From: Rhizaria sp. SCN 62-66
Lineage: Eukaryota
Assembly: GCA_001724265.1 (NCBI GenBank)
Contig: MEDY01000093.1
Coordinates: 1 to 64,000, forward strand
Reading direction: 5' to 3'
Length of the DNA: 64,000 nucleotides
Shown here: piece by piece, positions 47,615-59,300 of the stretch
How the letters are laid out: every line of letters starts with the position of its first letter
Numbering within the stretch: the first letter of the stretch is position 1
Made by a program: the position numbers and the translations under genes
Notes under the pieces: generated by a model
Seen by the model: only the letters and a program-made list of their open reading frames with translations
Told to the model about the DNA's origin: nothing
The model's database searches: none

Positions 47615-48495
47615 ATGTAATATGGTAATACACAGTCTTCTTTTTTGTCACTCTCCCACATAACCCTCTCGGTAATGTACCATTTGGCAGGGTCTGGTCC
47701 TGATTTGAAACGATTTAGCCTGATTTAGGCTCATTTGATAGCTCATTGCGAATGCAGTCGGGCTCGCAAACGGTATCGCGTGAGCGGGTGGCGAGAGGAT
47801 TGTGAAGGTGAGCTTTGATTCGTAAATGTGACACCCACACACGTTTTTTTGGCGCGGTACAAGATCTTGAGATTCACTTTGTGACAATCTTTCAATGACA
47901 CTTTTATTTATTTCAAATTATCAACTTGGTGGCTCTTGAGAGGCACCTCGTTTTGTCTTCGTGCGTGTGGTCCTGTCCTCTCTTCAGAGCGGCACTTAAT
48001 CGCAACTTTGAAGGGTAGGAAGTTATGGATCTGACATATGCACAAAACGAAGGCAATCAACAAGGCCTTTTGTTTGGTAAATGCTGTGTGTCTGCTGCCA
48101 CCACTCAGTCTGCGTCTCAGGGACCTAGACCCGAATCAAATCTCAGCGCAAACCGTTCATGACGCCGTCCCGCGCCACCACTCAGTCTGCGCCTCACAGG
48201 CTTCCAGCGTCACAAGAAACGATCTCAATGTCTGTATATTGGCGTTTTTGTAGACGCGGGCGCTTTGTCTGCCACTCGATGATGATTCAGGCTTGCAGAG
48301 CTCCCTTTTTCTGCTTCGCCTTGTTAAACCCTATCTCGGGTGACGCAGCATACGCTCCTCTCGTCGCGACGGAGCCACATGTCACAACGTTTCGTTCAGC
48401 AGAAAGTCTACGTAAAATATTACGGAACTCCATTACTCACACCCGTTGCCGCTCTTTTTGTGCTTGATTTGACTTGTTTCCCCGCGCAGAACTCG

Positions 48496-50943
48496 ATGGA
48501 CCCGCAGCAGCCCGTCGCCGCTGCCGCCGCCGCCGCCCCGGCGCCCGCGGCTCCTGTTCCGATGCAGGACGATCCCGCCGTGAAGCTGGAGGCCGCGCTC
48601 GCCGCCGCGCCCGCGCCCGCCGCGCCCGCGGGTGAGGTGAAGCCTGAGGTGAAGCCTGAGTCCTCCTCTTCGTCGTCTTCTGCCTCTGCCTCTGCTTCGT
48701 CCTCTGCGTCCGCATCTGCTGCTGCTGCGCCGACGCCGTCGCGCCCGAAGCGCGCGCTGGACGCGTCGTCCTCCGACTCGGACTCGAGCTCCAGCTCCAG
48801 CAGCTCGGACTCGGACTCTTCCTCGTCCTCGGACTCAAGCTCGGGCTCCGACTCGGACAGCGACAGCTCAAGCTCCAGCTCGGACTCGGACTCGGACTCG
48901 TCGAGCTCCAGCTCTGGTTCGGACTCGAGCGACAGCTCCGACAGCAGCGACAGCTCTGACTCGAGCGACAGCTCCGACTCAAGTGACAGCTCCGACAGCA
49001 GCGACAGCGACAGCTCCGACAGCAGCTCTGACGACGACAGCTCCGACTCCGACTCCGGCCCCCGTGTGAAGCGCTCCAAGAAGGCCGCGGCGGGCAAGAG
49101 CAAGAGCAAGGACGCCAAGAAGAAGAAGTCCGGTGGCAAGAAGGAGAAGAAGGAAAAGAAGAGCCGCCGCAGCGAGTCGATGGTCGGTGACAGCGAGATC
49201 TACCCTCCCACCAAGTACGAGCGTCTGACTGAAATCAAGCCGCTTGAGCCGTCTAAGGGCGCGAACAAGTGGTGGGCGCGCGCGCTATCGAGCGACGTCA
49301 AGTGGGAGACGCTGGAGCACAACGGCATTCTCTTCGCGCCCGACTACGTCCCGCACGGTATCAAGATGCGCTATGCCGGTGCTGAGGTGGAGCTGACGCC
49401 CGAGCAGGAGGAAGTCGCGACTTTCTACGCTGCGATGCTCGAGACAGACTACATGACCAACGCGAAGTTCAACGCGAACTTCTTCGCGGACTGGCAACAG
49501 CTGCTGGGCCCCAAGCATGTGGTGCAAAAGCTCTCCGAGTGCGATTTCACGCCCATCAAGCGTTACCTTGACGCCGAGCGTCTTCGCAAGATCGAGGAAC
49601 GCAAGACCCCCGAGTTTAAGAAGGCCGCCAAGGAGACCAAGGCCCGCCTCGACTCGATCTACGGCTTCGCCATCGTTGACGGATTCAAGGAGAGCACCGC
49701 CAAGTACTCTGTCGAAATCCCCGGTCTCTTCCGCGGCCGTGGTGGACACCCTAAGACCGGCAAGATCAAGCGCCGCGTGATGCCTGAGGACGTGATCCTC
49801 AACATCGGCCGGAACACGCCGATCCCCAAGTGCCCACTCGAGGGCCACGACTGGAAGGGCATCATCCACAACGACAAGGTCACCTGGCTCGCTTACTACC
49901 GCGACCCCATCACCAACGGCTACAAGTACGTCTACTTGGCGTCGTCGTCGCGCTTTAAGGGCGAGTCTGACCGCAATAAGTACAATAAGGCGCGTCGTCT
50001 CATCACGCACATCGACGCCATCCGCGCGTCCTACACGCGCGACTTCTCCAACGCGGACCGCGGCGCGCGCCAGCGTGCGACGGCGGTGTACTTGATCGAC
50101 GTGCTCGCGCTGCGTGTCGGCAACGAGAAGGACACCAGCGAGGAGGCTGATACCGTGGGCTGCTGCTCGCTGCGTGTGGAGCACCTCGCGTTCAAGGAGG
50201 GCAACCGCGTCGAGTTTGACTTCCTCGGCAAGGACTCGATGCGGTACTTCAACGAGGTCGAGGTGCACCCGCTCGTGTTCGCCAACCTGCAGGAGTTCTG
50301 CAAGGGCAAGGCGGGCACGCGCGACGTTTTCGACGCGCTTAACACCAGTCAGCTCAACGACCACCTCAAGTCCTTCATGCCAGGGCTCTCCGCTAAGGTG
50401 TTCCGTACGTACAACGCGTCCATCACGCTCGAGAAGGAGCTCCGCGAGGGCTCCAAGGACGTCTCCGTGTCTGACCTCACGGCCGTCAAGGAGCAGTTTT
50501 ACACCAACGCTAACCGCGAAGTGGCGATCCTGTGCAACCACCAGCGCTCGCTGCCTAAGGGCCACGAGACGCAGATGGCGGCGCTGGACGAGCAGCTTGC
50601 CAAGGTGCGCGGTGAGATCGCGGCGCTCAAGGGCAAGGCCGAGACGTTCGGCGAGAAGAAGCTGCCTGCGGATCGTGCAAAGCGCACTGAGATGGGCGCC
50701 AAGCTCGAGATGCGGCTCAAGAACATGGAGGCGAAGCGTGCGATGAAGGATGATAACAAAACGGTGGCGTTGGGCACGTCCAAGATCAACTACATGGACC
50801 CGCGCATCACGATTGCGTGGTGCAAAGAGAAGGATGTGCCCCTCGAGCGCATCTTCAACCGTTCGCTGCTGTCCAAGTTTCCGTGGGCCATGGAGTGCCC
50901 GTCCACGTGGCGCTTCAACGACCCCGAGCTCCGCGATATCTAA
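48496..50943 (+). CDS. TOP1: DNA topoisomerase IB
   Basis: KWETLEHNG, PGLFRGRG.HPKTG, LALRVGNEKD, DTVGCCSLRVEH, FLGKDS, AKVFRTYNAS, VAILCNHQR, and catalytic SKINYMDPRI. Ser/Asp-rich N-terminus. TAA stop. An upstream exon is possible (acceptor at ~48489). Confidence 0.97.
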   Translation: MDPQQPVAAAAAAAPAPAAPVPMQDDPAVKLEAALAAAPAPAAPAGEVKPEVKPESSSSSSSASASASSSASASAAAAPTPSRPKRALDASSSDSDSSSSSSSSDSDSSSSSDSSSGSDSDSDSSSSSSDSDSDSSSSSSGSDSSDSSDSSDSSDSSDSSDSSDSSDSSDSDSSDSSSDDDSSDSDSGPRVKRSKKAAAGKSKSKDAKKKKSGGKKEKKEKKSRRSESMVGDSEIYPPTKYERLTEIKPLEPSKGANKWWARALSSDVKWETLEHNGILFAPDYVPHGIKMRYAGAEVELTPEQEEVATFYAAMLETDYMTNAKFNANFFADWQQLLGPKHVVQKLSECDFTPIKRYLDAERLRKIEERKTPEFKKAAKETKARLDSIYGFAIVDGFKESTAKYSVEIPGLFRGRGGHPKTGKIKRRVMPEDVILNIGRNTPIPKCPLEGHDWKGIIHNDKVTWLAYYRDPITNGYKYVYLASSSRFKGESDRNKYNKARRLITHIDAIRASYTRDFSNADRGARQRATAVYLIDVLALRVGNEKDTSEEADTVGCCSLRVEHLAFKEGNRVEFDFLGKDSMRYFNEVEVHPLVFANLQEFCKGKAGTRDVFDALNTSQLNDHLKSFMPGLSAKVFRTYNASITLEKELREGSKDVSVSDLTAVKEQFYTNANREVAILCNHQRSLPKGHETQMAALDEQLAKVRGEIAALKGKAETFGEKKLPADRAKRTEMGAKLEMRLKNMEAKRAMKDDNKTVALGTSKINYMDPRITIAWCKEKDVPLERIFNRSLLSKFPWAMECPSTWRFNDPELRDI
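48760..49055 (+). repeat. Ser/Asp low-complexity coding repeat (DSS/SD) in the TOP1 N-terminus
   Basis: About 100 residues, almost all S and D, with repeated gactcg/agctcc/gacagc units. Confidence 0.85.
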
Positions 50944-51452
50944 GCGCTGCACTGTTGCAAAACACCGACTGCTGAAAGCAGCTGTGTCATGTGCATGTGC
51001 GATGGGTGGTGGCTGACTCTGTGTTGTATGATGTGAGTGCGTGATGATGAAGTAGAGTGATGAACGTATGATGGATTTTGAGAAATAATATTGAACACCA
51101 GTTGCAAGACGTCGTCATGCGTCGGTAGAATAATGACCGCCAGTAATATTAATGAGATAATAATCACACCAAAAACAAAACATGTGTAGTATCATTGTGA
51201 GTCTCCTCGCCCTGTTCTGTAAGCGTGCGAGCTCTCAAAGACAGTCTAAAGTCATAGAATAAATAGCAAACCTTTTGAACCAATAATAGAAAGCCACATT
51301 CGGGATAAATATTACATCTAAACTGTATTGGTGTTCAATTGTATTAAGGTTCACTCACTTGTCGTCTCATACGCAACGACACCTCATCGTCACATCTGCT
51401 TCATTTACATGATTCCGTGCTTCTCACGACGACTCTCACACTGGTTTTGCGC

Positions 51453-53823
51453 TTACGCGCTCTCAGGGAACTGGAGCGCGAGCGAGTCCGCAATGAGCGC
51501 CTCAACACCGGCGGCGTCAGAGCGCACGGGCAGCGTGGGCACAATGGGCAGTGCGCCCTCAGCACCAGCCTCAAACGCCGCCGCGGCACGCTTGATCGCG
51601 CGTTCCGCCTTATCGTTGCCAGCCCACGCGCGGCGCGCGACGCCGTTGTTGACGTCCCAGAACAGCATCAGACGCGCCTTGGCGGCCGCGTCGTCGGTGC
51701 CGTCGAGAACGAGGCCGAAGCCACCGTTGATGGCCTTGCCCCACCCGGTGCCGCCGCCGTTATGGAGCGCGACCCACGTCGCGCCGCGCACAGCGTCGCC
51801 GATGCAGTTTTGCACAGCCATGTCTGCGGTGAACTTGGACCCGTCGCAGACATTGCTGGTTTCGCGGAACGGCGAGTCCGTGCCCGACACGTCGTGGTGG
51901 TCGCGCGACAGCACGACGGGACCGTGGAGGCGGCCTGACTTAACGGCGGCGTTGATCGCACCGGCAATAGCGGCGCGCCCGGCGGCGTCGGCATACAAGA
52001 TGCGCGCCTGTGATCCGACGACGAGATGATTCTCCTGCGCGGCGTCAATCCACAGGATGTTGTCCTTGAGCTGGCCCCGCACCTCGCCGTCGCCCTCGCA
52101 GGTCAGCAGCCCCTTGAGTACTTCACTGGCGATGGAGTCAGTCGCGGCGAGGTCCTCCGCGCGGCCAGAGGTGCAGACCCATCGGAACGGACCGAAGCCC
52201 ATGGAGAAGATGTCTCCCATGAACTCCTCCACATAACTCGGGTACTTGAACGTCACGTTTGTCTCCGTGACGGCGTCGCCCGCGCGCGCCGCCGGGAGCG
52301 CGATGTCGGCGCCCGCGCGGAACGCTTCGAGCAAGAACGAGTTCCCGTAGTCCCAGAAGCGCGAGCCCCGGGTAACGAGGGCGTTGATCGCGGTCACCTG
52401 GCGGCGCAGAGAGGCCTGAACAGCGGCCTTGAACGCCGCGGGGTCGGCCGCCATGAGCGCGTTGGACTCGGCGAGTGTGAGCCCGGTGGGGTAGAAACCG
52501 CCGTTGTAGGGGTTATGCAGCGAGGTCTGATCCGAGGCCAGGTCGATGAGGTTCTCACCAGTGGCGGCGGCGTCGGCGGCGAAACGCTCCCAGACGTCAA
52601 CGACGTTGCCCAGATAGGCAAGTGCAACGGCTTCGCGGCCGGCGCGAGCGGCGCGCACGCGCTTGACCAGCACGTCCAGGCACGTGATCTGTACGTTCAC
52701 GCAGAAAAAAACAAGAGAAAATCAAAATATGGAATTAGATGTTGCAAAAATAACCTGATATAGTCGTTATTTACATAAAAATAGGATTTGTCATGACGTG
52801 TGATAATTTGAAACGAATATCATGATTAACATCAGAATCATGACAGTTAATAACGATCAGCAAACAAGAATCGTGATATATGGGTTTGGTTTTTTGCGGT
52901 TTGTTTCATATTCGCCATACCTTCTCGGTGACCCATCCCTGCGCGTGGCGCTTATCAAGTGCGTTCTCATCTATCTCAGCTATCACCGTGACAGCGCCGC
53001 AGATCACACCGGCCTTGCCCTGGGCACCGGACATGCCGCCCAGTCCGGACGAAAGATAGACCTTGCCGGCAAGCGAGGTGTCCGGGTCGCCAGCGCCGAG
53101 GTACTTGCGGCCTGCGTTGAGGACCGTGAGCACCGTGCCGTGCACGATGCCCTGGGGGCCGATGTAAGCGAACCCGCCGGCGGTCATCTGGCCGTATTGA
53201 GTGACACCCATTGCGTACATGCGGTCGTAGTCAACCGGGGTGGAGGCCATAGGGACGACCATGCCGTTGGTGATCACGAGGCGCGGGGCAGAGGGCAGAG
53301 ACGCGAAGAGGCCCTGCGGGTGGCCTGAGTTGAGCACGAGCGTCGAGTTCTCGTCGAGGCGGCAGAGGTAGTGCATCATGAGCCGGTATTCGGCCCAGTT
53401 CGAGAACGCGGACCCGTTGCCGCCGTACGTCACAAGCTCTTCGGGGAACTGCGCGACGGCGGGGTCGAGGTTGTTCATCACCATAAGCATCACGGCCTTG
53501 GCGTGCGCGTGGCGACCGGGGTAGCAGGAAATGGGGTAGGCGCGCATGGCGTACTCATTCGGCATGTACCGGTAGCAGTAGATGTGGCCATACTGTTGCA
53601 GCTCGGCGGCAAACTCGGGCGCCAGCACGGCGTGGTGCTCGGCGGGGAAGTACCGCAGGATGTTGCGGACGGCCTGAATGAACTCGCCGCGCTGCAGACC
53701 GTGCTTGCGGACTGGCGCGTGGGGCACGCCCGGCGAGCGCGTGCGGGGCGGGGGAAGCACGGAGAGATCCGCGGGGAGGCACTTGGCAAGCAAGGCCGTC
53801 ACGATGGCTTGGTCGAACTCCAT
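51453..53823 (-). CDS. UROC1: Urocanate hydratase (eukaryotic long form), 2 exons
   Basis: Exons 53823-52921 and 52688-51453. Motifs: NNLDPAVAQFPEELVTYGGNG, YGQMTAG..YIGPQGIVHGT, GLGGMSGAQ, SDQTSLHNP, RDHHDVSGTDSPFRETSN, HNGGGTGWG. TAA stop. Confidence 0.96.
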
Positions 53824-54376
53824 TAAGCCAGCTGGAGAGGCGTGGTGGCGCGGTAGAGAGGGGACAAAGGTCAAGGGATGACGGACAAACGGTGAGTCCG
53901 GAGGAGAAGAGTGAAGATTAAGTCGGACAAAACAGATATTATGGAGAATCAGTAAGATAAATTGTTATCATGTAAGATGGACTAAGATCAAATCATGATG
54001 AAACGTGTCAGGCGGGCCTTTTACTTGTGACAACAAGTGAAATAAAAAAGTGATGCAGTCTTGGGTCGGGGGTCAACACGAAAGGAAAGATAGCGCAATA
54101 AACCAAGCAGTTAAAGCAACAGTAATTAGTGATAGTAATCAATAAAGTGGGATCTATTGTGAAGCTAAACAGAATCTAAATATACGGTCACAGTCGGCCA
54201 CACTAACTCGTTTCAGGCAGTCCACCTCATCATCAAGCCGAACAGGCACCTCGTCGATGGCCGTCGCCGCCGCACTGCACAGCACCGGCAGTCACCCCGA
54301 AACAGTCTTAAAACACAGCGAATACTGAATAACATCGCACAAAACAGGGTAATATCGCACATCAACGCGTGGAAAA

Positions 54377-55639
54377 TCACCCCAGCGCCCACGTATCCGC
54401 GCGCGCAAGGCGGAACGACCTCGGCGCGGTGACCGCCAGAGGGTCCGCTGAGTAGCTCGCTGGCCCCGGCGCATCGCTTTTGCGCACGTACGACACGCCG
54501 CTGGGCACCGAAGACACAAACACCGCGCTCCCGCGCTGCTGCGCCGCCGCGGCCGCCGCGCCGGGCGGCGGCGCGGGCGGAAACGCGAGGGTGCTAGGCG
54601 CCGGGTCGTAGTATCCAGGGGCTGGCACCGTAGCCCGCGTTGTGGCGCCACGACGAGGCGCCAGGGGCTGGCCAAAGCGGTCCTGGTCGCGCTGCGCAAA
54701 GGCCGGCGACAGCACCGAGAGATCGCGCGCGCGGGAGCCTCGCGTCAGCGCCGTCGCGACGCGCGGGACGGCCAAAACCCCCGCATCTCCACTATGGGCG
54801 GCTCCGCTATGAACTTGATTGCTATGATTCGCTGTGGTAGAGACAGGGGGCGCACGCGCGAAGTGAAGCGGGAGTTCGTACGCGCCTGGGCCGGGCACGT
54901 CCTGTGGCACACCCAGCGCGCCCGTGCGCGGCGCAGCGGAGCGGAACGCGGCCGACGCGGCGGCGGCGGTGCGGGAGCGGGCTAGCACTGGGCGCGGGGC
55001 TGTGGCGAGGTCAAAGTGGCCGGGGCCTGGCGTAGCGGAGGCCGCGGAGGGTGCGAGGAAGCGTTCGCAGGTCGTCGCGAAGGGAGGGCGTGGCACGCGG
55101 GACGGGAAGGCCGCCGCAGCCGCCGCAGAGCCCACTCCGGCAGTTCGATACGACGACGATGACGATATGGGTTCTGTTGCTGTGTGTTGCGGTTGATGGG
55201 CCGGGACTGATGCGCCGAAACCGACGGAGGGCACTGGCACGCGGTGCGCGCGGGCGTCGCGTGTCGGGTCGCGCGCGAATGACCCCGCGGCGGCGGCGGC
55301 TGAGGTTGCAGTGTACGCGCGCCCGACGTCATACGCGCCGACACCGGGCAAAAGACCAGCACGGTCACTCGCGGCGGCCAAGAACGACTGTGAGTCGAAG
55401 CGAGACGCGCGGGAGACAAAACCGCTGCCGTAGCCCTTGTTGGAAAGCGAGGCCGATGACGAGACGAGGCTGGCGTGCGCGCGGCCGCCCGCGGGGCCCG
55501 CCGAGGAGGATGAGGCGAGGGCGTCTGCAGTGGGAGCGGCGAAACGAGCGGTCCGGGAAGAGAAGCCGTCGCGCTCGGCCGGGACCGTGTGCTGCGCGGG
55601 CAGGGTCACGTAGCGCGCGGGGATTGATGGCGGCGTCAT
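54377..55639 (-). CDS. Sperm-tail PG-rich (SHIPPO/STPG) repeat protein
   Basis: Repeats PGVGAY, TPGPGHF, VPGPGAY, VPAPGYY and APGPASY, plus F.S...RF motifs. TGA stop. Confidence 0.8.
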   Translation of the reverse strand: MTPPSIPARYVTLPAQHTVPAERDGFSSRTARFAAPTADALASSSSAGPAGGRAHASLVSSSASLSNKGYGSGFVSRASRFDSQSFLAAASDRAGLLPGVGAYDVGRAYTATSAAAAAGSFARDPTRDARAHRVPVPSVGFGASVPAHQPQHTATEPISSSSSYRTAGVGSAAAAAAFPSRVPRPPFATTCERFLAPSAASATPGPGHFDLATAPRPVLARSRTAAAASAAFRSAAPRTGALGVPQDVPGPGAYELPLHFARAPPVSTTANHSNQVHSGAAHSGDAGVLAVPRVATALTRGSRARDLSVLSPAFAQRDQDRFGQPLAPRRGATTRATVPAPGYYDPAPSTLAFPPAPPPGAAAAAAQQRGSAVFVSSVPSGVSYVRKSDAPGPASYSADPLAVTAPRSFRLARADTWALG

Positions 55640-56366
55640 CGCGGGGCGGGGACCATTGTCGCGGCGGGTCGCTGTATGGGAGTGGGTATGGTGGGTATAG
55701 TCAGAGGCGTGAAGGAGAAGTGGCGTGTGTGAGTCACAAATAGTGTGGCAGCGAACGGCAATGAACGAGTTGAGAGTTTAGTTGGATACGGCAAGTATAA
55801 TACAATATTGGGTCGCCCTGACCATGGCGATATAATCATATGACGTACCTTGACGCGTGAGCGTGATGCTGGAAGGGCCTCCGACTTGGCGCTCTACACG
55901 AGGGCCCTGAGCAAAAGAGGGATCAGCCATGGCGCTCGATAACGCCTAGATGCAATGCCACCAATTCAATAAAGTATGCTATAAAAGCTGAACTCAATTA
56001 AATCAATGCCAAACAGCAGCGTGACGACCAAACTACGGTGAACAACCACGGTTTAGAATCAAGCAGTTTCTCATGTGGGCGAAATTTTTACGAACACCTC
56101 GATTTTCATGACGACCGAACCTCGCATCTTTTTATGTTCATAACCCTGGTTTTTTACGTCACCGTGCTTATTTATGTGGTTTGTTTACCTTTATCTGATA
56201 CCATATTATACTCACTCTTTGCCACTGTCGCACCACGACTGCTATAGTCCTTTTCACCCTGTTCTGAGGAAGTCGAGCCGAGGAGTTGTTTGAAGCTGCT
56301 GTGTCATCGCTTCTCGCACCTGTCCCTCCCCAGCCTGAGGCTTGTGTCGTTATCAAGGAGCTTGCC

Positions 56367-59300
56367 ATGAGCAGCCCTGTGTCGAAAAACAAGTCTCGCG
56401 GCGCTCCCGCCACCGGGGCCTCTTCTGAGGCCGCCGGCACCGTGCCGTTCGGCTCCCACTCCCGAGCTTCTGGCGTCACTCCCGCGCCCTCTGCCGCGGC
56501 CGCTGCCTCTGCTGAGCCCTCGGCCGTGCAGTCGCACTCCTCGCCGTCGAAGCAGGCGTCGGGCGCGCACGTGTACTTCCAGGCCCCGACGTCGGGCCGC
56601 GGCTCGATGGTGGCCGTCGCGTCAACCTTCGGCGGTGACATGTCGTCCTCGCTCGATCTCGCAGCGCAAGTCGCCAGCGCGCTCCACGCGCCGACCGCGC
56701 CCCCCGTTGCCGCGCCCGCGCCCGCGCCCGGGTCGACCGCGCAGCATACGCATTACCACGCGCCGACTGCGGTTGCGCTGTCGCCGCCGCTCGCGGGCCT
56801 CCGCAGTCTCGCCAGCTCACCGCTCAAGCCTGCACGCGATATCGGTCGCATGCATAACGTACGTGAGATGAACGCGCGTGACATGAGCGCGCGCGACATG
56901 AGTGCTGCCGGCGTAAACAGTAGCGGCAGCGTCGGCTCTGCGGCGCGGGGGAGTGGTGACCGCGCAACTGCTGCCTCAACTGCCTCGACCTCCTCTGTAC
57001 GCGGAAGCAGCAACACCAGTGGCGGCGGCGTTGCGAGGACCTCGCTCTCACACACCGGCTCCGGCCCCTCGACCGCGCCCGCCGCTGCTACAGTCCCCGT
57101 CTCTGTGTTGACCGCAGCCACTCAGTCCGCCGACCACACCACACATGTCAACTCCAACACCAACGCGAACGCCCATGCAAACGCCCATGCTAACACAAGC
57201 GCACACAGCACAAGCACACTGCGCCAGCGCAGCTCTCGCGGCGGCGGTCTGGCCGGAGTCGTGCGCCGCAACGCGCTCGCGCAGCGCACGAACGGCCACT
57301 ACAGTCACTCCCGCAGCGACAGCGGCTCCGACAGCGACGACTCCTTCTCGGGCTCCGACCGCGGGGCGGGCGCGTGTTCCTGCTCGGGCTCGGGCTCTGA
57401 CGCGGATGCCGCGGCGGACCGGCGGCGGCGCGCGCTGCGGGGCTCCCTCGGCGACGGCGACGATCGCCGTGGCAACAGCAACAGCAACAGCAGCAACGAC
57501 GACGAGGACGAGGACGAGGACAGCGGCGACAGCAGCCGTTCGTTTATCTCGCTCACCGGGAGCGGCAGCGGCGTCGGCGCAATGCTGGCGCGGGTCGGCT
57601 CAGCCGCGCGCCTCACTGGCAGCGGCGCTTCATCGCGCCGCCACAAGAGCAGCCACGAACACGGCCACGAGGTCCCCAGTCACGAGCACGGACATCGCCG
57701 CAGTCGCCGGCGCCGGTCGCGCGTGTCCGTCCCCAACGGCGGCGGCAGCTCCGACAGCGATGTCAGCGGCGACTTGCTGCAGTCCGACGACAACGCCGAC
57801 GCCGCGGCACACACCGCCGCCTTCGCCTCCGCCGCCGCGGCCGCCGCGGCGGTGGCGACGGCCAACGCCGCCGCCGCCGCTGCCCGCGCCGCCGCGATCG
57901 TGATCGCAACCCCGCGGTGCTCTCCGTCGCCGCAGCGGTCACGCGCGCCGTCGGTGGACCCCGCGTGTACGCACGCGAGCTCGCAGGCCGACTCGCGCCG
58001 CGGGTCGCTCGCGCTACAGCCGGTGCGCGCGCCGTCGCTGCCGGATGCGGCCGCGCGGGACGCCAGCCGCGGGCCCTCGCGCACGCACACGCACACGCAC
58101 ACGCACACGCTTACACAACAGCAGCAGGGCCCGGCTCCGCGCCACAGTCTTACCCACGGTCAGCGGACTGCGCTGGCGCGCGCTGGCTCCGGCTCTGGCT
58201 CAGGCGCTGTATCAGGCTCAGGCTCAGGCTCCGGCGCGAGCCCGTCGCTCGAGCGCGGCGGCAGCGCTGTCGACAACAACAATAACGCCAAGCCCCCCTT
58301 AGCCTCGGGGTCTCCCGCGGCCAATGACGCTGCTGGCGGCGTGAGCAGTGCCGTGTCCGACGGCCGCCTCGCCCTCAGCGGCCTCGGTGGCCTCGTCGGC
58401 AGCAGCAGTGGCAGTGGCAGTGGCAGTGGCAGAGGCAGCCCGAGTGCGACTGGCACGGACAGCAGCGCAGCAGGGTCGCCGCTGAGTCCGCCCGCCGCGC
58501 TCGCGCCGCAGCAGCTCCAGCAGCAGCAGCTGTCGCAAGCGCAGTTGCATCCGCAGCAGCAGCAGCTGTATCATCCCACTTACCCGCAGCTGTACACGCA
58601 TCATTACGCGCAGCAACTGCATCACCAGCAGCACCGCCAGCAGCAGTACCATCAATACCAGTACCAGCAGCATGTTTCACACACGCACCAGCACACCCAC
58701 CAGCATCAGCACTCCCACACGCGTGCTGCCACCACGGCGCAGCTCGCGGCCGCGGAGGCGGAGGCGGAGGCGGAGGCGGAGGCCGCGGGGCAAAGCGAAG
58801 AAGAAGAGCTCTCCCGCCTGGCCCGGCTGCGGCGCTATGTCGGTCTCGGCGACTGCATTCTGCGCTTGCTGCGGCGCCGCGTGACCAACATCGTGCTCTG
58901 GTCCGAAGGCGAGCGCAACGAGCTGGGCCGGCTCGGTGTGTCGATCCTGATTACAATCGCGACGCTGCTCTTCGTTGTCATGGTCAACATCACGGCACAC
59001 ATGCGCTTTCCGCAGCACGTCGACCCTTTGCCCGATATGTTGCATGATGTTTTACCGGATCTGTCCGCGCCCGAGTGGTTGGGCGTGCCTGACCACTTCA
59101 TCACCGCGCACTTGCTCATCGTGCTCACAGTCGCCGCCTTCCACGCCCAGCGCATTGTCGTCGTGCGGCGCTGGCTGCTCATCTACTCGATGCTCATGTT
59201 TGTGCGCGGCATCTGCATCCTCGTCACTGCGCTGCCCGAGCCCTGCTTGACGTGCCGCCCCGAGTGCAAGACGTACCGTCCCGCCGGGCTGCTGCCTCAC

